Shown piece after piece: positions 18,885-26,564 of a stretch of DNA of 38,528 nucleotides. Origin of the DNA: Thermodesulfovibrionales bacterium. GTDB lineage: Bacteria; Nitrospirota; Thermodesulfovibrionia; Thermodesulfovibrionales; UBA9159. A program made the position numbers and the translations under genes. Under the pieces are notes generated by a model. It did not search any database. It saw only the letters and a list, made by a program, of their open reading frames with translations, and was not told the origin of the DNA. Each line of letters opens with the position of its first letter. Position 1 is the stretch's first letter. The stretch covers positions 1 through 38,528 of the forward strand of contig CAKKPH010000111.1 in assembly GCA_919901585.1 (NCBI GenBank), written 5' to 3'.

Positions 18885-19097
18885 TTACCTTTTATCCTTA
18901 AGGTCTTTGTAAAACACAAACACATGCTCATGCATGATTAAAAGGAAATTGTACTCCTTTGATTTCTTGACCCAGAAGCCGGTTGCCTTGCAGTTGTGCT
19001 GAACCTTGATGATGTCCTCTTTTAAAATGAATTCCGCCTTTCGCCTTGACGAATCCGCCGTGGCGGACAAAAACCGCTTCATGATTTGAATTAGGAA
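18885..19097 (-). pseudogene. C-terminal fragment of a DNA methyltransferase-like protein
   Basis: QIMKRFL..FILKEDIIKVQHNCKATGFW..YNFLLIMHEHVFVFYK; SAM-binding and catalytic motifs are missing; abuts the stop codon of the PIN gene. Confidence 0.6.
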
Positions 19098-19433
19098 TTA
19101 TATCCAGAAAATATGGTTTTTTGTTTCCTCTGATGAATGCGAAAAAAGGAATTTTGTAAGACGTTTGATTGTCTCACCGAGCGGTATTTGTTTTGATACA
19201 AATATGCCAAAGTGATTTTTCCCTGCTTTCATATATTCCTCATGGAGCCTTTTAAAATCACCGGCATTAAAAGTGAAAATTGCCATTTGCTCAAAAATTG
19301 AATACTCCAATTGCTGGTAATCATCAAGGCTTTGTTTCTGCACCTCATGGGCGCTGATAACATCGTATCCCTTTAATCTGAGTGCAGATGCAACTTTTTT
19401 ATGGACATCTTCATCGAGGTAGAGCTTTATCAT
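19098..19433 (-). CDS. DUF5615 family PIN-like toxin (VapC45-like)
   Basis: IKLYLDEDV..LR..GYDV...D..QL......IFTFNAGDF..H......HFGI. Confidence 0.85.
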   Translation of the reverse strand: MIKLYLDEDVHKKVASALRLKGYDVISAHEVQKQSLDDYQQLEYSIFEQMAIFTFNAGDFKRLHEEYMKAGKNHFGIFVSKQIPLGETIKRLTKFLFSHSSEETKNHIFWI

Positions 19434-19667
19434 TTACTCAAGCTCTTTGTCTATTTCTTCCTTATTGTCAAAGTAATAGCTTAGAGCATCAAAAAGCTGG
19501 GCAGGAGTGATGGAAGGATACCCCTCAAGGATTTCCTCGATACTCATTCCCGAGCGGTAATGATTCACAATTGAAGCAACAGGGATTCGGGTACTTTTTA
19601 TGACAGCCTTTCCTTCATATTGGGCAGGGTCTTTTTCAATGTAAAGATGCTCTATTATCGTTGACAT
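19434..19667 (-). CDS. DUF433 family antitoxin
   Basis: GKAVIKSTRIPV..I.....GMSIEEIL..YPSIT..QL..ALSYY; directly upstream of the DUF5615 gene. Confidence 0.88.
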   Translation of the reverse strand: MSTIIEHLYIEKDPAQYEGKAVIKSTRIPVASIVNHYRSGMSIEEILEGYPSITPAQLFDALSYYFDNKEEIDKELE

Positions 19668-19723
19668 AACTTTTCTCCTTTAATAAATAATATCAAAATT
19701 ATGCTGTAAGATACAACAAGTAT

Positions 19724-19792
19724 TTACAGATAAATCGTTTCGCCTGTTTCCCGCGCTACGAGACTGTAGAATTAATAGTTTTTAAGCCATGG
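19724..19792 (-). pseudogene. Degenerate 3' remnant of a hypothetical gene (copy 2)
   Basis: PWLKNY*FYSLVARETGETIYL*, aligns without gaps to PYLKNYKLDNLVAREAGEAIYLL at 18186-18254. Confidence 0.55.
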
Positions 19793-19808
19793 AGGAGATA
19801 GTGTAACA

Positions 19809-19883
19809 TCAATTCTGTAAATATGAATCAGGGTACTGCTTAACTTTTATGAGTGCGGACTCTTGTTTTAAAGCGGTTGGCAT
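19809..19883 (-). pseudogene. 24-aa ORF, possibly a truncated DUF2281-like antitoxin
   Basis: MPTALKQESALIKVKQYPDSYLQN* with GAAGGAG RBS and an upstream TGGTATAAT extended -10. Confidence 0.3.
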
Positions 19884-19973
19884 AATATTCTCCTTCCAAA
19901 GCTCATTGCTTAAATCATTATACCACAATAACAAACACATCCGCCCCCAACGCGGCAGTTGCAGGCGATATCC

Positions 19974-20551
19974 TCACGCCCCAAGACATTCAATAACCCG
20001 CGCGTTGGTCACTATCTTGTGCACCTTGACATCGTGGGGCTCTGAAGGGATGGGATCGACCATCTGTTCTTCAAAGGCTATTGCGATCAGAGGCACTTTC
20101 TTTCTGAGGCGGGAGAGCAGCTTATCGTAAAATCCCGCGCCGTAGCCTATCCTGTTCCCCTCAGGGTCAAACGCTGTTCCGGGCATTACCACAAGGTCAA
20201 CGTCGTTAATATCAACCATTCTCTCATCAGGGAGATCTGGCTCCGGTATCCCATGCAGCCGGGCTTGAGTTCAGACAATCCCCTTATCTCATAGAGGTTC
20301 AGCTCCTTGGTTTTGCCGTCAACCTTCGGCACGATAACCCTTTTTCCGCGGGCAAGAGCGTCTTTTATCTGGCCAAGCGTGTCAACCTCTGACCGGAATG
20401 AGGCGAAATAGAAGATCACGTTTGACTGCTGAAACTCAGGAAGCGAAAATATCTTTTCTTTTATGCTGAGATTCTTGTTTTCCCTTTCAACGGCAGCGAG
20501 GGCGTCCCTTTTCCTTAAAACCTCTCTCCTGATGCCGGCCTTGTCAACCAA
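19974..20551 (-). pseudogene. fau: 5-formyltetrahydrofolate cyclo-ligase, frameshifted
   Basis: N-half (K..IRR, YFASFRSEVDT, VIVPKV) and C-half (DLVVMPG.AFD..GNRIGYGAGFYD, PHDV) lie in different frames; restoring one G near 20251 gives MGIPEP. Confidence 0.9.
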
Positions 20552-21317
20552 TATGGCCCTCGAGGTTTTTCCTTATTTTCATGACGTCCTCAACAGCGGT
20601 TTTAATATTAAAGGGCGACATACCTTCGATGTCTGACCGCATAATATCATGGCTGAAGCTGATGAAGCCCAGCAGGTCCATGCCTGAAAGCTCATTTTTT
20701 ATGAAATTCAGGTCTTCCTCTCCCCTCACCTTATTGGCTACAACAAAGACCTTTTTGACGCCGAGTCCCTTTGCCATCTCTTTAACCGTATGGGCTGTTT
20801 GTATGCTCCTCTGTCCGGGCTCGACTACGACTATAAACGCGTCGACCGCCTCGGCAGTCCCCCTTGTAAGATGTTCTATGCCCGCCTCCATGTCAACAAT
20901 CACGACCTCATCCCTGTTAACGACAAGATGCTTGAGCATCCTCCGCAGGAAGACATTCTCTGGACAATAGCAGCCTGAAGCCGCCTCTTTTGACTTGCCG
21001 GTCATAAGAAGCGTTATGTTGTTCAACTTGTAGCCGAACTCTTCAGGGATGTCGTCAACGCGCGGATTTATCTTGAACATGCCGCCGCTCTTTCCGGGCC
21101 TCGCTCCTGTGCGCTCTTCTATAAGGTCTGTCATCTCAGCGATAGGCCGTATCTTACCTGCCTCATGCCTTGAGATGCCGAGCGCTGCCGCAAGATTAGC
21201 GTCAGGGTCTGCGTCAACAGCTATGACCCGCTTGCCCTCTGACGCGTATATATGAGCCAGCGTTGCGGAAAGCGTGGTTTTGCCGACACCGCCCTTGCCT
21301 GTTATAGCTATCTTCAT
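20544..21317 (-). CDS. cooC: CO dehydrogenase/ACS nickel-insertion ATPase CooC/AcsF
   Basis: MKIAITGKGGVGKTT, DADPDANL, GCYCPEN (CxC), DMEAGIEHLTRGTA. Confidence 0.92.
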   Translation of the reverse strand: MKIAITGKGGVGKTTLSATLAHIYASEGKRVIAVDADPDANLAAALGISRHEAGKIRPIAEMTDLIEERTGARPGKSGGMFKINPRVDDIPEEFGYKLNNITLLMTGKSKEAASGCYCPENVFLRRMLKHLVVNRDEVVIVDMEAGIEHLTRGTAEAVDAFIVVVEPGQRSIQTAHTVKEMAKGLGVKKVFVVANKVRGEEDLNFIKNELSGMDLLGFISFSHDIMRSDIEGMSPFNIKTAVEDVMKIRKNLEGHIG

Positions 21318-21349
21318 TTTTTTAATATAACACAAAACCATACATTTCG

Positions 21350-21379
21350 TTGACACCCAATAATTCTTATTGATATACT
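21350..21379 (+). promoter_or_regulatory. Sigma70-type promoter for the chemosensory operon
   Basis: TTGACA (21350-21355), 18 nt, TATACT (21374-21379) preceded by TG-n (extended -10). Confidence 0.6.
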
Positions 21380-21485
21380 CAAGATAAACCCTGATACCAT
21401 GAAATATGACTAAAAAACCTTATCCTATCCATATCATCAATAGCCTTCCGCTAATTTTGACTTCTGCTTCTGATTTGGTGAAAGA

Positions 21486-22601
21486 ATGAGCCTTGTAGGA
21501 AAACTTGAAGACCTTGTACTTTCAGATATCTTCCAGATACTGAGCATAGGCAGAAAATCAGGGACGCTTGTCCTTAAGGACGAAGAGGGCGCTGCCTTCG
21601 TGGTATTCAGGAACGGTATAATTGTGAGGGCGGAGGCTTCTATGGTGGACGGCAGCATTAGGGATGAGCTGTTAAGAAGCAATATAATAAGCGAAGAAAC
21701 GATGAACAGGGCCTTGGATGTTAAGAGAGACCTGCCCGAAAAATCCATACCGGAGATACTGCATGGCCTTGGATATGTGAGCAGGGATGTGCTCGACAGT
21801 CTCGCAAAGAAAAGGATCGAGAATATTGTTTATCATCTCCTTAAATTGAATAAAGGCGATTTCAGGTTTGAGGTGGACAAAACGGGTCCTGATAAAAGGG
21901 CAGGTATTGATGACACCGGATGGGAGTTTTCTGACGGACTGAGCGTTGAGTACCTGCTCATGGAGAGTGCGAGGATACAGGACGAAGAGGCCCGCAAAAA
22001 AGCATCAGAGAATAATCTCCTGAGTAAGGAGGACAATGGCTCAGGAGAAGAGGCATGGTCAGATGAAATTCTGGCCTCCGGCAGGAGGGACATCTCAGTG
22101 CTTAAGGCCTTTACGCGTGAATTGAGGTTACGCACGAAAAATCCGGACATAACCGCGCTTGTCCTGAGGTTTGTGAGTGTTTTTTTCAGACGGGGGGTTC
22201 TGTTTCTTGTCGGAGACGACAGCCTTACAGGCATTGCACAGTTCGGACTTGACATGGAAGAGGCTGATGAGAAAGTGAGGGGGATAAGACTGCCTTACCT
22301 GAAGAGCGGTTTTTTCTCAAAACTGGTCACAGAGATGCAGATTTTCAGGGGTGAAATGGAAAGGGATGAGGTAACAGGACTGCTCGTTGAGCAGATCAAC
22401 GGGGAATGGCCTCATGAGGTATCTATCTTCCCTCTAACCATTGAGGGCAATGCCGCAGCGCTCCTTTATTGCGAGGGCGCTCCTGAGGATATTAATGAGA
22501 CTGAAAGCGTCGAAATACTTGTTAACTATACGGGTATTGCCCTCGAGAAAGCTCTCCTTAAGAGGAGACTCCGTATGCAGAGAGGAGAAGGCGGTAATTA
22601 A
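21486..22601 (+). CDS. DUF4388 (PatA-N-like) domain protein with C-terminal GAF-like domain
   Basis: MSLVGKLEDLVLSDIFQIL..GRKSGTL..F.NG.IV.A, GDFRF, LLMESAR..DE; the C-terminal region ends in a FPL..AALLY GAF-like pattern. Confidence 0.8.
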   Translation: MSLVGKLEDLVLSDIFQILSIGRKSGTLVLKDEEGAAFVVFRNGIIVRAEASMVDGSIRDELLRSNIISEETMNRALDVKRDLPEKSIPEILHGLGYVSRDVLDSLAKKRIENIVYHLLKLNKGDFRFEVDKTGPDKRAGIDDTGWEFSDGLSVEYLLMESARIQDEEARKKASENNLLSKEDNGSGEEAWSDEILASGRRDISVLKAFTRELRLRTKNPDITALVLRFVSVFFRRGVLFLVGDDSLTGIAQFGLDMEEADEKVRGIRLPYLKSGFFSKLVTEMQIFRGEMERDEVTGLLVEQINGEWPHEVSIFPLTIEGNAAALLYCEGAPEDINETESVEILVNYTGIALEKALLKRRLRMQRGEGGN

Positions 22602-22704
22602 GAATTATTTTATTGGTTTTGTAGTAAGATTATTGTTAGAGTGAAGCGTTTCATAACTGGCGGTTGAATAGTGTTTTCAAATACTGGTTTTTACAGGAGG
22701 CATT

Positions 22705-23076
22705 GTGAAATCGGTTCTTGTTGTTGATGATTCTGCTACTACAAGGTCTTTAATAAAGGCTGTGATTGATGAGATCGGGGAGGAGATGAACGTGGTTGAG
22801 GCAGGCTCCGGGTTTGAGGCGCTCAGACTTTTGCCCCAGCATGCATTTGACCTGATTCTGACGGATATTAACATGCCTGATATTAACGGCCTTGAGTTCA
22901 CAAATTTTGCAAAGAACGACACGAGATATGTCCATATTCCTATCATCATTGTCTCGACAGAGAAGAGCAGGGAAGACATAGAGAAGGGGCTGGCACTCGG
23001 GGCTATAGCATATGTGACCAAGCCTTTCAGAACAGAGGAGCTGCAGGGAACAATAAGAAAAGTTCTTAAGATATGA
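22705..23076 (+). CDS. cheY: Single-domain response regulator, CheY-like
   Basis: VLVVDDS, DLILTDINMP, IIIVSTE, YVTKPF. Confidence 0.88.
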   Translation: MKSVLVVDDSATTRSLIKAVIDEIGEEMNVVEAGSGFEALRLLPQHAFDLILTDINMPDINGLEFTNFAKNDTRYVHIPIIIVSTEKSREDIEKGLALGAIAYVTKPFRTEELQGTIRKVLKI

Positions 23077-25070
23077 GTGCATCCAAAAAGGATTTTATTG
23101 CTGAATCAGAGGAACTCCTGTTAGAGGCAGAAAGCCACCTTGTCGAGATACAGGAGACCAACAGTTCCGGCCTTAGACCGGATACATTGAACTCCCTCTT
23201 CCGTTCCGTCCATACAATAAAAGGCATCTCCGGCATCTTCGGTTTCAGGAATGTCACTGACGTTGCCCACTCATTCGAATCCCTTCTTGACGATATCAGG
23301 CTCGGCAAGATTGAGCTGTCTGCGGATGTTCTGAAGTTTCTCTTTACCAATATGGATATGCTCAAGAAGATCATCAGGGATGAGGATGAGGGTTCTAAAG
23401 AGGATATATCAGGCTATCTTATTTCTATGGAGGCTTTCAGGGACTCAGCAAAGAAAGGGTCCGGTGCCTCAGCAGCAGACGGGGCATTTGCAGGTATCGA
23501 CAAATCCATCATCAGCATCCTCTCAGAGTATGAAGAGCACAGGCTTAAGACGAACATCAGGGAGAACAAGGGCATCTACCTTAAAAGCGCTGTCTATAAT
23601 CTCGCTGATTTTGAAAAGGAACTGAATGACCTGACAGCCCTTATAAGGAGCCATGGAGAGCTTATTTCGATGTTCCCTGATTCAAACGACCTGCCTCCTG
23701 ATTCCATAAGGTTCAACCTCATGATAGGAAGCATCCTGCCTTTCGACGGGCTTAAAGAATTGCTGGGTGATGACATAAAGGAGCTGATAAGTTGCAAGGC
23801 TGCGCCTGAGCCTCCACCGCCTCAGGCGATACCCCAGGAAATGACCCTCAAGAGTTCTACGAGCTTTGTCAGGGTGGATATAGAGAAGCTCGACAGGATA
23901 CTCGACACTATAAGCGAGATGAGTCTCGCCATATCAGCCATAAACCGAGTCGGCAAAGAGATGATGGAACTCTACGGCCACACCCCAATTGTTGTCGATG
24001 TCCTGAAGATATCACAGGTCTTCGGCAGGAGGATAACCGAGCTTCAGGGGCAGTTGCTCGAGATAAGGATGATACCTATAGGCCAGATATTCTCGAGGCT
24101 GAGCCAGGTTGTGAGAAGGTATTCGCGCGAGACAGGCAAGCGCATCGATATCCTGCTTTACGGCGAGGATGCTGAGATTGACAAGTACCTTGCCGAAGAG
24201 ATTGCAGACCCCCTTATGCATATAATCAGGAATGCGATTGACCACGGCATAGAACCGGCTGAAGTCAGGAAAAGCACCGGCAAAAAAGAGAGCGGCACAA
24301 TTATCCTTAAGGCGTTTCAGAGGGGCAACCATGTGATTATCGAAGTGAGGGATGACGGGGCCGGTATTGATATTGAGGGTGTCAGGAAAAAGGCGATAGA
24401 AAAAGGCCTTCTCTCACAGGACAGCAGGGTTGACGAGCGCGAGCTGCTCGAGTTCATTTTTATGCCCGGGTTCAGCACAAAGACGACTGTTACCGATATT
24501 TCAGGCAGGGGTGTCGGGCTCGACGTTGTGAAACAGAAACTCTCCCTGTTCGGAGGCTTTGTGGATATTGCTACTGCTAAGGATGCCGGTACAACCATCA
24601 CGGTTACAATGCCGATAACCCTTGCAGTGCTCAGGGCGCTGATCGTGAGGATCGGCAAAGAGAGGTTTGCAATACCCTTGACATCCATGTCAGAGACCTT
24701 TGCAGCGGGACAGGCCGATATTCAGACTATTGAGGGTAGGGAGGTATATAACCTCCGTGAGGAACCCCTGCCTATGATAAGGCTTTCACGTGTTTTCGGT
24801 ATCATGGATGACGGCTCAGATACCTTCTTTACGGTTGTTGTAGGCTATGGTGAGAGGAGGGCAGGCCTTGTGGTAGATGAACTGATAGGGCATCAGGAGA
24901 TCATAATCAAGTCTCTCAGTGATTACCTCAAGGGCTATACAGGGCTTGCAGGCGCTGCCGAGATCGGTAAACATGAGGTGATCCTTGTGATAGATGTCGA
25001 GTCTGTCATAGGGAAGTTTATTTCTATTGGATCAGGGGACTTGATCCAGAAGGCTGTGTCACATGTATGA
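23073..25070 (+). CDS. cheA: Chemotaxis histidine kinase CheA
   Basis: HPt FRSVHTIKG, P2-like region, VRVD dimerisation domain, HIIRNAIDHGIE, DDGAG, GFST, SGRGVGLDVV, C-terminal CheW domain. Confidence 0.96.
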   Translation: MSASKKDFIAESEELLLEAESHLVEIQETNSSGLRPDTLNSLFRSVHTIKGISGIFGFRNVTDVAHSFESLLDDIRLGKIELSADVLKFLFTNMDMLKKIIRDEDEGSKEDISGYLISMEAFRDSAKKGSGASAADGAFAGIDKSIISILSEYEEHRLKTNIRENKGIYLKSAVYNLADFEKELNDLTALIRSHGELISMFPDSNDLPPDSIRFNLMIGSILPFDGLKELLGDDIKELISCKAAPEPPPPQAIPQEMTLKSSTSFVRVDIEKLDRILDTISEMSLAISAINRVGKEMMELYGHTPIVVDVLKISQVFGRRITELQGQLLEIRMIPIGQIFSRLSQVVRRYSRETGKRIDILLYGEDAEIDKYLAEEIADPLMHIIRNAIDHGIEPAEVRKSTGKKESGTIILKAFQRGNHVIIEVRDDGAGIDIEGVRKKAIEKGLLSQDSRVDERELLEFIFMPGFSTKTTVTDISGRGVGLDVVKQKLSLFGGFVDIATAKDAGTTITVTMPITLAVLRALIVRIGKERFAIPLTSMSETFAAGQADIQTIEGREVYNLREEPLPMIRLSRVFGIMDDGSDTFFTVVVGYGERRAGLVVDELIGHQEIIIKSLSDYLKGYTGLAGAAEIGKHEVILVIDVESVIGKFISIGSGDLIQKAVSHV

Positions 25071-25875
25071 AGGGTATTACGGTTTTAATGAAAAGCCGTT
25101 CAGCAAAACACCTGACCCAAGGTTCCTTTTTATGAGCAGGAACCATGAGGAGGCCTTTGCGAGACTCCAGTATGCGGTTGAGGAACGGGAAATCGCTGTA
25201 TTGACAGGTGAGGTAGGCTGCGGGAAGACGACCCTCACGAGACTGTTGATAGACTCCCTCGGTGACAGGTTCAGGGTGGTGCTGATAGTGAATCCGAGAC
25301 TAACCTCTTTTGATTTTATAAAGACCGTATCTTCAAGGCTCGAATGCGCGGCAAACCCGAACCGGAAGAGCGAAATAATAGATGCAGTATATTCTAAGCT
25401 TTTCGAGGATTATAAATCAGGCATATCCACTGTCATTATCATAGATGAGGCGCATCTGATCCCTTACAGGGAGACCTTTGAGGAGATAAGGCTGCTTACT
25501 AACTTCCAGATGGATGACTCTAATCTCCTGAGCCTTATACTTGTCGGGCAGCCTGAACTGAGGAAGAAGCTCGAGCTAAAAGCCCTTTCTGCACTCAGGC
25601 AGAGGATAGGCATATACTATCACCTGGAGCCTATAGGCGAAGACGAGATAAGGGGCTATATTGAACACAGGAGCAGGGTGGGGGGCAGGGAAGAACCCCT
25701 CTTTACTGAAGATGCTCTAGCTGCTGTTTATAAGTTCTCGGGAGGGGTGCCGAGGGTGATAAACAGCATTGTTACAATGGCCATGCTCGACGGTATAGCA
25801 AAGGACGCGGTCGTGATAGACGGGCCTATTGTTTTCTCGGCTGCGAAGGAGATCGGCCTGAATGGACATAGCTAA
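25063..25875 (+). CDS. ExeA/GspA-family AAA ATPase (ATPase domain only)
   Basis: MY..YYGF.EKPFS.TPDP.F, GEVGCGKTT (Walker A), IIIDEAH (Walker B), LVGQPEL, LRQRI, SGGVPRVIN. Confidence 0.9.
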   Translation: MYEGYYGFNEKPFSKTPDPRFLFMSRNHEEAFARLQYAVEEREIAVLTGEVGCGKTTLTRLLIDSLGDRFRVVLIVNPRLTSFDFIKTVSSRLECAANPNRKSEIIDAVYSKLFEDYKSGISTVIIIDEAHLIPYRETFEEIRLLTNFQMDDSNLLSLILVGQPELRKKLELKALSALRQRIGIYYHLEPIGEDEIRGYIEHRSRVGGREEPLFTEDALAAVYKFSGGVPRVINSIVTMAMLDGIAKDAVVIDGPIVFSAAKEIGLNGHS

Positions 25876-26554
25876 GATAAGGAAAAAGATCAAAGACGCT
25901 GCCGGAGGGCCTCGCGGGCAACAGGGTGACCGGCTGTCTGAGCCCGGGGCTCCGGCTTCTCCGCAGGATATCTCCAGTGCTGAACCGGCACCCAGAGACA
26001 GTGTATCATCGGTATCCGTGACCTCATTTTCCTCAGGAGATATAAAGGGTGCCGGAGAGAAAAGGCTGCCTGAAGGCACTTTGCCGGAGAGTGCAGATGA
26101 GCTTGAGGGGCCGGTGGTGGAGCTGCTTACATTCAGCCTTTCGAAAGAAGAGTATGCTATAAGGATTGGAGAAATGCAGGAGATAGTCAGGTTTCATAAA
26201 ATGACCGTACTCCCTGATGCAGAACCTTCATTGACCGGTATAGTCTCTTTGAGGGGCAAGATAGTCCCTGTGCTCGATCTGTCCAGGAGATTGTCTCTCC
26301 CTAATGAAAATGCTCCGATGGATGGCGGGAAGAAGAGACATATGCTTGTAATAGCAGGGAACAAAGGGCCGATAGGCATCATTGTAGACAGGGTCATACT
26401 CGTGTTGAGGGTACAGGCTTCAGAGATACTTGAGCCGCCGTCGCATTTATCAGACTCGGAGGTGAGGTTTATTGAAGGCGTTGTTGTTTCAGGCGGCAGG
26501 TTTATCTCGATATTAAATGTGAGAGAGGTTACAGACTTGGATTTAAAAGCATAA
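25862..26554 (+). CDS. cheW: CheW with a disordered N-terminal extension
   Basis: LLTFSL..EEYAI, GIVSLRGKIVPVLDL, GIIVDRV; ~80-aa P/S/G-rich linker after MDIAKIRKK. Confidence 0.9.
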   Translation: MDIAKIRKKIKDAAGGPRGQQGDRLSEPGAPASPQDISSAEPAPRDSVSSVSVTSFSSGDIKGAGEKRLPEGTLPESADELEGPVVELLTFSLSKEEYAIRIGEMQEIVRFHKMTVLPDAEPSLTGIVSLRGKIVPVLDLSRRLSLPNENAPMDGGKKRHMLVIAGNKGPIGIIVDRVILVLRVQASEILEPPSHLSDSEVRFIEGVVVSGGRFISILNVREVTDLDLKA

Positions 26555-26564
26555 AGGAGGTTCT

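Noticed and set aside
17330-19970. Integron cassette array (co-oriented small TA and MazG genes)
   Set aside because: No convincing attC (RYYYAAC...GTTRRRY with paired arms) or intI found by eye; IntegronFinder would be decisive
20552-20700. 6S RNA (ssrS), often upstream of fau/ygfA
   Set aside because: The sequence upstream of fau is the overlapping cooC coding region, leaving no intergenic space
21455-21476. Degenerate heptamer-like tract TTTTGAC TTCTGC TTCTGAT in the che operon leader (also TTGCTCA x2 near 18786-18799)
   Set aside because: Too short and imperfect to distinguish from chance, though consistent with the heptamer theme
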